From contig JAXIHJ010000104.1 in the NCBI GenBank assembly GCA_034189755.1, forward strand, positions 1 through 40,533: DNA of 40,533 nucleotides, read 5' to 3'. The notes beneath the pieces were generated by a model. The model did not search any database. It was not told the DNA's origin and saw only the letters and a list, made by a program, of their open reading frames with translations. Origin of the DNA: Planctomycetota bacterium (GTDB lineage: Bacteria > Planctomycetota > Phycisphaerae > SM23-33). Position numbers and translations under genes: made by a program. Below are positions 1 through 7,525 of the stretch, one piece after another (the first letter of the stretch is position 1; every line of letters starts with the position of its first letter).

Positions 1-126
1 GTAGCCCTGTGACGAGATACATAAACGGGCCGTTGTAAATCAGTACCCCGCAAAACGGAGGCACAAATAAACAGTAGGGGTGGAGCATCTCTGGAGCTTC
101 ATAGGCCGGGGAAGTATTTTAACCAC

Positions 127-212
127 GTTGCCCACTTTACCCATCTTGCCAATTTCCCTCAAGTTTTCAGCTACGGGTATCCGATGTTACCAATGTTGCC
201 CAAGTTACTCAT
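127..212. repeat. Two blocks of three tandem 9-nt words (127-153 and 186-212), consensus on minus strand ATKGGYAAC
   Basis: Read directly. Plus strand gttgcccac/tttacccat/cttgccaat and gttaccaat/gttgcccaa/gttactcat. The blocks are out of phase with each other and are broken by stops in every frame. Confidence 0.5.
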
Positions 213-383
213 ATTAACAGGCTGGCTAAAACCAGCTGGCAAGCTGGAGAAAGTTGGTAACTTGTTTGAAAACAGACTTTTATGCTTGGGTGGTGAAGAA
301 AGCTGAAGACAAAGCATGCCTGTGAAGCGATAGGCCGGCAGAAAAACGCTTCGCGGACGATCGATGGGAAAGGATGACAGAAA

Positions 384-1154
384 ATGCAGATTTCAGAGCT
401 TTTTAAACAGTATGTGGAGCACTTGTTTTCCGGCAAGCGTTGTGAATCGCGCGAACTGATATTTGCCGCCCAGGACCGTGGCATACCTGCCTCGAAGCTG
501 CTGAAAATGGTGGTATGGAAGGCCATGGAGCAGGTCGAGAAGCTATACCGGGCAGATGAGATATCTCAGGTGGTGGAGCACATGGCTACGCGGATCAATC
601 GCATGGTGGCCGACCAGCTTCACGGCCTGCTGGCCCGCAAGCCAAAGTCGGGCAAGCGGATGATCGTTACCTGCGGTGACGGCCAGATCGAGGAACTGGG
701 CGCTCAGATTATTGCAGACCTGTTCGAAGCGGACGGCTGGAGCGTTTGGTTCCTGGGTTCGGGCGTGCCGAACGATGAAATTCTTGAACTGGTCGGCAAA
801 CTCCGTCCGGATGTGTTGTGCGTTTACGGTGCGCAGCCGTGCGGCGTGCCGAACATCCGACGGCTGATCGAGCTGGTCCGGGATGTCAACGCCTGCGACG
901 AGATGCAAATTTTGGTAACCGGCGGGGTGTTCAATCGTGCGGACGGCCTGGCCGAGGAAATCAAGGCCGACCTGTTCGCCCCGGATGTGAGCGAGGCGAT
1001 AAAGGTGATAGATGAGCACCCGGTGCGGATTCCCAAGCCGGACGTCCCCGAGCCTGGCCGGCGTCGCAAGCAAAAGAAGAAGGCAGCAGCCAAGCCCTCC
1101 AAAGCCAGGACTACCAGGCCAAGAAGGAGAATCAAGGTCGCCGTCAGCGCGTGA
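384..1154 (+). CDS. Cobalamin (B12)-binding-domain protein: N-terminal helical cap plus Rossmann-like B12-binding domain, with a lysine/arginine-rich C-terminal tail
   Basis: ATG preceded by ggaaagga. The cap-like motif 'ISQVVEHMATR' and 'MIVTCGDGQIEELGAQIIADLFEADGWSVWFLGSGVP...LVTGG' match the MetH/CarH-type B12-binding fold. The canonical DxHxxG reads QIEELG (no His). Confidence 0.7.
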   Translation: MQISELFKQYVEHLFSGKRCESRELIFAAQDRGIPASKLLKMVVWKAMEQVEKLYRADEISQVVEHMATRINRMVADQLHGLLARKPKSGKRMIVTCGDGQIEELGAQIIADLFEADGWSVWFLGSGVPNDEILELVGKLRPDVLCVYGAQPCGVPNIRRLIELVRDVNACDEMQILVTGGVFNRADGLAEEIKADLFAPDVSEAIKVIDEHPVRIPKPDVPEPGRRRKQKKKAAAKPSKARTTRPRRRIKVAVSA

Positions 1155-1182
1155 GGACAACAGCGCAGAGAAATATGGAGCA

Positions 1183-1218
1183 CAGGCCGAGAGCTTTCGC
1201 TTTCGGCCTGTTTTTTTT
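1183..1218 (+). terminator. Rho-independent terminator between convergent genes
   Basis: Stem caggccga (1183-1190) / tcggcctg (1203-1210), followed by T8 (1211-1218). It lies between the B12-domain gene stop and the oxidase gene stop. Confidence 0.6.
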
Positions 1219-1221
1219 AAA

Positions 1222-2655
1222 TCACAAATCGAAGATCTTGCCCGGGTTGAGGATATTGTTGGGGTCGAGGGCGAGCTTGACGGCCCGCATCATTTCAAGG
1301 GCCGGCTCGGAGATGAATATCGACATATAGGGTTTGCGCTTGTGGCCGATGCCGTGCTCGCCGGAAAGGCGTCCGCCGAGACCGGCGGTAAGCTCGTAAA
1401 GTTCCTTCAGGACGTTCGGCAGCTTTTGATTCCACTTTTCGATAGGCCAGTCATGCGGCTTGATAATCCGCGTGTGGAGGTTGCCGTCGCCGGCGTGGCC
1501 GTAGGATGGAATGACGAGGCCGTACTTTTTGCCCAGTTTCTGCATGCCTTTCAGCAGCAGGGCGATAGCGGCCGGCGGCACGACGAGGTCTTCGTTAGCC
1601 TGGTGGGGCGAGACAAGCCCGAACGCCTCACCGATGTTGCGGCGGACCTTCCATATCCGCTCGGAGGTGGTGGCGTTGTCGGCGACGTACACTTCGACGG
1701 CGCCGGCGGCCAGGCAGCCTTCGCCGATGGCCTCGTATCCCTGCTCGAGTTGGGCGACGTCAGGCCCGTCGAGCGTGATAATCAGCATTGCCCCGGCCTG
1801 GGCGTAGGGAATAGTCTCATTGAGGTACTCGCACGCCGCCTGCACGGAGGTTTTGTCCATGAACTCGATGGCGGTGGGGGTGATTCCACTTTGCGTCATG
1901 ATATCCGGCACCGCGGCCAGCGCTTGGTCGGCCGAGGCGAACAGCACCAGCAAATCGACGTTGGCCCGCGACAGCGGCAGGAGCCTAAGCGTAATCTTGG
2001 TGAATATGCCCAGCGTACCCTCCGAGCCTACCATGAGCGGAATGAGACTGTAGCCGGTAACGTCCTTGATGAGCTTGCCGCCGAGTGAGACAATCTCGCC
2101 GGTGGGGCTGACCATCTCCAGGCCGAGCACGTATCGGCCGGTAACGCCGTACTTAACGGCCTTGCCGCCTCCGGCGTTTTCCGCGACGTTGCCGCCTACG
2201 GTGCAGGTTTCCAGGCTCATCGGGTAGCCGGCGTAGAACAGTCCTTCCGGCGCGATCCGCTCGTTGATTTCGGCTGTAACCACGCCCGGCTCGACGACGA
2301 TCATCATGTTTTCGCGGTCGATTTCGAGGATTTCGTTCATCCGGTCGCACAGCAGGACGATTCCGCCGCAGAGCGGTACGGCCCCGCCGGATAAACCCGA
2401 GCCGGCGCCGCGCGGCGTTACGGGAATCCGCCGCCGGTTGGCCAGTTTCATAATGGCTGCGATTTGGTCCGCCGTTCGCGGACGAACGAGCGCCTCGGGC
2501 ATGTGAGCGTATTTGCGGTCGGGCACTTCGTCATGCGAGAAAGGATCGAGCTTCTCGGCCTCGCCGAAAACAACGTACCGCTCACCGACGATGCCTTTCA
2601 GCTCTTCGACGATTTCCGGTGTAACGGGATTGTATTTTAGGGCTTCCGCATTCAT
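1222..2655 (-). CDS. FAD-linked oxidase, GlcD / D-lactate dehydrogenase (LctD-like) family
   Basis: 477 aa. The FAD-binding PCMH-type N-terminal region ('PRGAGSGLSGGAVP', 'VGGNVAENAGG', 'SEGTLGIFTKITLRL') and C-terminal 'GEHGIG' are typical of GlcD-type oxidases. It lies downstream of etfBA on the same strand. Confidence 0.85.
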   Translation of the reverse strand: MNAEALKYNPVTPEIVEELKGIVGERYVVFGEAEKLDPFSHDEVPDRKYAHMPEALVRPRTADQIAAIMKLANRRRIPVTPRGAGSGLSGGAVPLCGGIVLLCDRMNEILEIDRENMMIVVEPGVVTAEINERIAPEGLFYAGYPMSLETCTVGGNVAENAGGGKAVKYGVTGRYVLGLEMVSPTGEIVSLGGKLIKDVTGYSLIPLMVGSEGTLGIFTKITLRLLPLSRANVDLLVLFASADQALAAVPDIMTQSGITPTAIEFMDKTSVQAACEYLNETIPYAQAGAMLIITLDGPDVAQLEQGYEAIGEGCLAAGAVEVYVADNATTSERIWKVRRNIGEAFGLVSPHQANEDLVVPPAAIALLLKGMQKLGKKYGLVIPSYGHAGDGNLHTRIIKPHDWPIEKWNQKLPNVLKELYELTAGLGGRLSGEHGIGHKRKPYMSIFISEPALEMMRAVKLALDPNNILNPGKIFDL

Positions 2656-2681
2656 TCGGATTCGTCTAAGCTATCCAAAGG

Positions 2682-2710
2682 AAATTCCAAATTCCAAATT
2701 ACAAGTTCCA
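2682..2710. repeat. Left arm of the inverted repeat flanking the four-helix-bundle cassette
   Basis: aaattccaaattccaaattacaagttcca is the reverse complement (27/29) of 3118-3146. Weaker complementarity extends to about 55 nt. Confidence 0.75.
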
Positions 2711-2731
2711 TGGAAATTCCAATTCCCAAAG

Positions 2732-3130
2732 TTACAAGCCTGATTGCGTTTTATTTACAATTGAGCTGAAGATACTTAGCAATTCGGTAGCTTCTTGTAC
2801 GAGACAATTCCGTTTATTTTCAAGCTTGGCGTCATTTTGCAGGTCCAGCAGGCCAAGCTAATACCGACTCTCCTTGGCTTCTTTGCGACATATCTTCATT
2901 CTATGGCGAAAGTCTTTCTTGCTGAGAGATTCATTCGCTTCAATGTAGTTTGCTCCAACGGAACCGGAAGCCCGGATCACTTGCTTGCCGTCTTCAAAGT
3001 TTGCAATGGTGTTCGGCAGACCCTTTACGAATGCCTGAACGTCCCTGGCGAAGTTGAACGTCCGGTCCTGAAGGTCGTAAGGTTTGGAATTTGTCATTTT
3101 GGTCATTGGAACTTGTTTGGAACTTGTCAT
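2732..3130 (-). pseudogene. Four-helix-bundle protein (23S rRNA intervening-sequence protein family) interrupted by an in-frame TAG at 2858-2860
   Basis: The 90-aa ORF ends '...KICRKEAKESRY*'. The same frame continues 'LGLLDLQNDAKLENKRNCLVQEATELLSIFSSIVNKTQSGL*' to a TAA at 2732-2734. The family consensus is E(S/T)xYW-L-x-LL, so the stop sits at the conserved Trp (TGG->TAG). The true start is probably an internal Met (3106 or 3097). Confidence 0.7.
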
Positions 3131-3146
3131 TTGGAATTTGGAGTTT
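3118..3146. repeat. Right arm of the inverted repeat flanking the four-helix-bundle cassette
   Basis: tggaacttgtcatttggaatttggagttt pairs with 2682-2710. The adjacent sequence contains a tandem 11-mer, ttggaacttgt x2 (3106-3127). Confidence 0.75.
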
Positions 3147-3151
3147 TGTTG

Positions 3152-4159
3152 TTAATCCTTCAATTTCTGAAGTTTCTCCACAAGCACCGGCACTACCTCA
3201 AACAGGTCTCCTACAATACCGAAGTCGGCCACGCGAAATATCTGTGCTTCGGGGTCGATGTTGATTGCGACGATGGTCTCGGCCGTCTGCATGCCAGCCA
3301 GGTGCTGGATGCTGCCGGAGACGCCGATGCCGATGTACAGCTTCGGCGTAACGGTCTTGCCGGAAAGCCCGATCTGATGCGGGTAGCTCAGCCAGCCTCG
3401 GTCGACCACGTCGCGGCTGGCGCCCAGCGCGGCGTCGAGGGCGTCGGCGAGTTTCTGGACCAGCGGAATGTTATCGCCCTTTTTGATGCCCCGTCCGACG
3501 GCGACCACGACGTCGGCGTCCTGCAGACCGTGTTTATCTTCAGCGGACCTGAAGCCCACTCGTTTAACCCGGCTGGCCAGGAGTTCCGTCGGCGCCTGGA
3601 TGCGTTCGACTTGTCCGGACCGCCCGGCAATTTTCGGCGCAGGCGGCGTAGAGCGCGGACGGACCGTAGCCATCTGCGGGCGGCAGGTCGGCGTCTTGAT
3701 GGTCGCCAGGATGTTGCCGCCGATAGCGGGGCGGGTCTGAAGCAGATTGTGCGTCTGCGGTTCGATGTCGAGCACGGTGCAGTCGGCGGTCAGGCCGGCA
3801 CCGAGCCTGACGGCTACGTAAGGCATCAGTGTCCGCCCGGTCGTGCTTGCACCGGCGATGATGATTTCCGGCTTGCGCTCGGCGGCGAGCTTTTCCAGGC
3901 AAGCGGCATACGGTTCAACGAGGAAGTGTTCCAGTTGTGGCGCTTCGGTCGCCAGCACGCAGTCGGCGCCGCGGTCGATCAGCTCCTGCAAGCCTGTGGG
4001 GTCGATCTTATGGCCGAAGATAACGGCCGTCAGGTTCGTGCCGCACTTGTCGGCCAGTTCGCGCCCGCGCGTCAACAGCTCGTAGCTGATGCGCAACACG
4101 CGCCCGTCTAACTGCTCGGCCAGGACCCAAACGCCGCTGTGTTGTAACATTTTTTTCAT
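3152..4159 (-). CDS. etfA: Electron transfer flavoprotein alpha subunit
   Basis: 335 aa. The C-terminal FAD-binding motif 'PKLYIGIGVSGSIQHLAGM...IVAIN.D' is classic EtfA. There is no N-terminal ferredoxin domain. Confidence 0.9.
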   Translation of the reverse strand: MKKMLQHSGVWVLAEQLDGRVLRISYELLTRGRELADKCGTNLTAVIFGHKIDPTGLQELIDRGADCVLATEAPQLEHFLVEPYAACLEKLAAERKPEIIIAGASTTGRTLMPYVAVRLGAGLTADCTVLDIEPQTHNLLQTRPAIGGNILATIKTPTCRPQMATVRPRSTPPAPKIAGRSGQVERIQAPTELLASRVKRVGFRSAEDKHGLQDADVVVAVGRGIKKGDNIPLVQKLADALDAALGASRDVVDRGWLSYPHQIGLSGKTVTPKLYIGIGVSGSIQHLAGMQTAETIVAINIDPEAQIFRVADFGIVGDLFEVVPVLVEKLQKLKD

Positions 4160-4206
4160 GGGTTCAGGCCGGAGAAGCTCCCCGTCGCATCGCCCGGCCC
4201 GTGGGG

Positions 4207-4386
4207 CTACTTGCCTTTACGTGTGGGCCATTTTTGGGTGAATAACCCAATCAATGCCCCGCCTGCCGTGGCATATCGCAGGTCGTAGCGGTCCAGCTCA
4301 AAGACGTTTTTGGCCAGACAGAAGGCGATAAGCGCCGTTCCGATCGCCAGTCCGATCCGCCTGATGATGTCGAGTTGTATATCCAT
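4207..4386 (-). CDS. Possible 59-aa small membrane protein in the etfB-etfA gap (below the ORF-track cutoff)
   Basis: Manual translation: MDIQLDIIRRIGLAIGTALIAFCLAKNVFELDRYDLRYATAGGALIGLFTQKWPTRKGK*. The ATG lies 13 nt after the etfB stop and is preceded by aaagga. It fills an unusually long (239 nt) etfB-etfA spacer. Confidence 0.3.
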   Translation of the reverse strand: MDIQLDIIRRIGLAIGTALIAFCLAKNVFELDRYDLRYATAGGALIGLFTQKWPTRKGK

Positions 4387-4398
4387 GTTTGGGTTCCT

Positions 4399-5205
4399 TT
4401 ACTGATGCTGAAGCAGTTCGCGTTTTTGCAGGAACACCGCGAGCTTGTCAACGGCCTCGGCGGCGGTTTGTTCGTCGCAGGCGGTGAGCTTCTGGCACTC
4501 GCGGGCAACGGTGGGGCGAAAGATTTTGACCACGCGCGTCGGCGAGCCGGCCAGCCCCAGCTTGTCGGTCTCGACGTCCAGATCGTCCGGTCCCAACGTG
4601 GGCAGATCGGCCTTTCTGGCCCGCTGCTTGCCGCGCAGTGTCGGCAGGCGAGGATCGGCGATTTCCTTGACGACCGTCAGCACAGCCGGCAGCAAGACCT
4701 CCAGCAACTCGTAACCGTTTTCGACCAGGCGATGAACGCGGCAGGTCTTGCTGTCGGCGTGTTCGACCTTGCCTACGTACGTGACGACCGGCAGTTGCAG
4801 AAAGGCGGCTATGCCGGGTCCGACCTGCCCCGTGTCGCCGTCGGTGGCCCGCTCGCCGCAGACAATCAGGTCGAACTCGCCCAGCTTCCGCACAGCCGCC
4901 GCCAGCACGTAGCCGGTCGCCCATGTATCTGAGCCTGCAAAGGCCTTACTGCTTATCAGGACGCCGCAGTCGCAGCCCATGGCGATGGCCTCACGCAGTG
5001 CCTTGGCGGCCTTCGGCGGCCCCATGGAAATGGTTACTACCTCGCCGCCATGCGCCTCACGCAGACGGATGGCCGTCTCTATGGCGTAGAGGTCCAGCGG
5101 GTTGACGATTGCTTCAACGCCCTCCCGGATCATCGTGCCGGTTTCCTCGTCCATCCGGACGGCGCTAGTTTCCGGCACCTGCTTGATAGGAACGATGATT
5201 CGCAT
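4399..5205 (-). CDS. etfB: Electron transfer flavoprotein beta subunit (bifurcating-type signature)
   Basis: 268 aa. 'MRIIVPIKQVP...' and 'GERATDGDTGQVGP' resemble the DGDTAQVGP motif of group-2 (second-FAD, bifurcating) EtfB rather than the AMP-binding type. Confidence 0.9.
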   Translation of the reverse strand: MRIIVPIKQVPETSAVRMDEETGTMIREGVEAIVNPLDLYAIETAIRLREAHGGEVVTISMGPPKAAKALREAIAMGCDCGVLISSKAFAGSDTWATGYVLAAAVRKLGEFDLIVCGERATDGDTGQVGPGIAAFLQLPVVTYVGKVEHADSKTCRVHRLVENGYELLEVLLPAVLTVVKEIADPRLPTLRGKQRARKADLPTLGPDDLDVETDKLGLAGSPTRVVKIFRPTVARECQKLTACDEQTAAEAVDKLAVFLQKRELLQHQ

Positions 5206-5317
5206 TAAAATATTTCAGAGTTACAAGTTATAGGTCGCGCTGAAGTTTGCTTTGTACTGGACCGGACGTAGCTAGTCAAGTACGCTTTTACGACGGCGCG
5301 CGAAGGGTGAGACCGGA

Positions 5318-5458
5318 AACGCCGCGAACGCCGCGAACAAAATAAAAAAAACTGCGTAAGCATTCAGCTATCAGCGTTCAGCCGTCAGCTTTAAGGAAAA
5401 GCAAAACAACGGAGTTTGTTTCCCTTTATTATCTTTTTTGTTCGCGTTGTTCGCGGCT
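5318..5458. repeat. Palindromic intergenic element built from stuttered words
   Basis: Left arm 5321-5344 (contains aacgccgcg x2) is complementary to right arm 5434-5457 (gttcgcgtt/gttcgcggc) at 21/24. The interior carries four tandem 7-mers, NNTCAGC (5362-5389). Confidence 0.7.
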
Positions 5459-5507
5459 GAAAAAACTTGTATGTTGGGCTTGCAGCGACCTTGGGAAGGG
5501 ATTGGCG

Positions 5508-6551
5508 ATGAAGACGGCGTTTCTGACAGGAATCAGGCAGTTGGAAATTCGCGATGTGCCCGAACCGAAAATCATCAACCCGGACGACGTGCTGATACGA
5601 ATCGACGTGGTGGGCGTTTGCGGCTCGGACGTTCACTATTACAAGACAGGCCGAATCGGCTCACTGGTCGTGGAGTTTCCCTTTCCTGTGGGCCACGAAT
5701 GCGCCGGCGAGGTGGTGCGTGTCGGGCCGGAGGTTACGGGCATTGAGGTCGGCCAGCGCGTCGTGGTTGACCCGCTGATAAACTGCGGCCGGTGCGACCA
5801 GTGCCTGACAGGCCGGCCTCACACCTGCCGCCGGCAGAAGTTTCTTGGCTGTCCGGGCCAGGCGCCAGGCTCGCTCAGCGAGTATTACGTCATGCCCGCC
5901 CGGTGTTGTTATCCCGTGCCGGATTCCGTCACGCAGGTTCAGGCGGTTTTGTGTGAGCCGTTGTCGATTGGCGTTTACGCAGCCCACCTGGCCGGGCAGG
6001 CAGAAGGCAAAAAGGCCGCCATCTTAGGTTCCGGGCCGATCGGCCTGTGCGCACTGCTCGCGCTGCGGGCGGCTGGCCTGCGGACGGCCTACAGCACCGA
6101 CCTGATCGACGAGCGGCTCGCCGTCGCGCAACGATGCGGTGCCGACTGGACGGGCAATCCGAATCAGCAGGATGTTGTCGCCGAGATTCTCCAGGCCGCC
6201 CCGGGTGGAGTGGATTTCGCCTTTGAATGCGCCGGCGAGCAGGAAACGCTGGACCAGGGCATCGAGCTGCTGGCGCCGGGCGGTGCGTTGCTGATGGTCG
6301 GCATCCCCGCCGAAGACTGCGTCCGTTTCTCGGCGGAAAAGATGCGGCGTAAAGAGCTGAGGTTTCAGAACGTCCGCAGGCAAAACGAGTGCGTTCAACC
6401 GGCCATCGACCTGCTCGCCGACGGCAAGGTCGACGTCGGGCCGCTTATGACGCACCATTTCCCGCTGGCAGAAGCCAAAAAGGCATTCGACCTGGTCTCG
6501 GAATATAAGGACGGCGTGGTCAAGGCGATTATCCACGTCTCGGAGCGATGA
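5508..6551 (+). CDS. Zinc-dependent alcohol/polyol dehydrogenase (MDR family, sorbitol/threonine dehydrogenase-like)
   Basis: 'GVCGSDVHYY', 'GHECAGEV', the structural-zinc motif 'CGRCDQCLTGRPHTC' and the Rossmann motif 'ILGSGPIG'. The ATG at 5508 has a gggaaggg SD 7 nt upstream (the ORF track starts at TTG 5502). Confidence 0.85.
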   Translation: MKTAFLTGIRQLEIRDVPEPKIINPDDVLIRIDVVGVCGSDVHYYKTGRIGSLVVEFPFPVGHECAGEVVRVGPEVTGIEVGQRVVVDPLINCGRCDQCLTGRPHTCRRQKFLGCPGQAPGSLSEYYVMPARCCYPVPDSVTQVQAVLCEPLSIGVYAAHLAGQAEGKKAAILGSGPIGLCALLALRAAGLRTAYSTDLIDERLAVAQRCGADWTGNPNQQDVVAEILQAAPGGVDFAFECAGEQETLDQGIELLAPGGALLMVGIPAEDCVRFSAEKMRRKELRFQNVRRQNECVQPAIDLLADGKVDVGPLMTHHFPLAEAKKAFDLVSEYKDGVVKAIIHVSER

Positions 6552-6570
6552 TAATTATCGATTGAAGTGG

Positions 6571-7251
6571 CTACTTTACGTCTTGCTTGCCGTCGACAAA
6601 GATGCACTGGCCGGTGATCTTATCGTTTTCCAGCAGGCGGATGACCGCAGTTACAACGTCCTGCTCGCTGCCGGTTTGGCCTGTTGCAGCCTCGCCTTCT
6701 GCCGGCAGGACCAGGCCCGGGGCCACGCCGTTTACTTGTATCCGGCCTGCCAGCGCCTTGGCGGCCAGCTCGGTAAAGTTCATCAGCGCCTTCTTGCTCA
6801 GCGTATAGGCGAAGTACGACGTAACGTTGTCGGTAATCTTCGCGTCGAGCAGGTTGATGATTTGGCCTTTTCGGCACCGGCGGGCGAACTCGCGCGACAG
6901 GAAGAAAGGCGCCTTGAAGTTGATGTTGAAGTGCCTTTCGAAGATGTCCTCGTCGGTTTCAGCCAGGCCGGCCCGCTCGAATATCGCCGCGTTATTGACC
7001 AGCACGCTCAGGTCGGCGAAGGCGTCAAAAACACGCCCAGCCAGTGAGGACACCTGCTTCATATCACTTAAATCGGCCTGGAACAGACCAACGCGCCGAC
7101 CGGCGGATTCGATCTCGCCGGCGAGCGTCCTGGCCTCTCGGCCGGAGGTGTTGTAATGCAGTGCGATGTCGTAGCCTTTTTTCGCCAGCCCCAGCGCAAT
7201 CGCACGGCCGATGCGCTTGCCGCCGCCGGTAACCAGGGCCGATGCGTTCAT
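6571..7251 (-). CDS. Short-chain dehydrogenase/reductase (pteridine-reductase-like)
   Basis: 'ALVTGGGKRIGRAIALGLA', NNA and a YxxxK-type core. The start is placed at Met34 of the ORF (7251) because the longer ORF runs into the tRNA gene. Confidence 0.8.
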   Translation of the reverse strand: MNASALVTGGGKRIGRAIALGLAKKGYDIALHYNTSGREARTLAGEIESAGRRVGLFQADLSDMKQVSSLAGRVFDAFADLSVLVNNAAIFERAGLAETDEDIFERHFNINFKAPFFLSREFARRCRKGQIINLLDAKITDNVTSYFAYTLSKKALMNFTELAAKALAGRIQVNGVAPGLVLPAEGEAATGQTGSEQDVVTAVIRLLENDKITGQCIFVDGKQDVK

Positions 7252-7323
7252 ATCGCAAGAGTTCCCGAAAAGGCTTGTCGTGTCGTACCTCGCCAGAAGC
7301 CGACCGCCGCGTGCGGTCATGAT

Positions 7324-7397
<74 letters not shown>

Positions 7398-7525
7398 TTG
7401 GGTGTGTTTACACCCTGAAAATACACGCTTGGCGGCCGTTTGCAAGGGCTTTCGCGCGGCACCTTTGACGTTAGAGGGAAAACGATGAATGCCAAACGAA
7501 ATTTCATACTGCTGCAAACCGGCGG

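Noticed and set aside
209-383. Possible cobalamin riboswitch upstream of the B12-binding-domain gene ('ggtgaagaaagc' vaguely resembles the GGTGAAAATCC element).
   Set aside because: No B12 box (AGYCMGgAgaCCkGCc-like) and no matching helices could be found by eye. The similarity is limited to a few nucleotides.
209-526. 105-aa minus-strand ORF overlapping the start of the B12-domain gene.
   Set aside because: It has no motifs and overlaps a better-supported gene and its SD. The sequence is low-complexity.
1012-2088. 358-aa plus-strand ORF antisense to the FAD oxidase gene. The same applies to 2795-4111, 4375-4932, 6024-6536, 8266-9240, 11290-11916, 13468-14142, 14290-15195, 15395-16204, 29098-30222, 31083-31730, 34142-35248 and 35723-36409.
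   Set aside because: These are shadow ORFs typical of high-GC DNA. They are Arg/Gly/Pro/Ala-rich low-complexity translations with no recognisable motifs, and each lies fully opposite a gene with strong family signatures.
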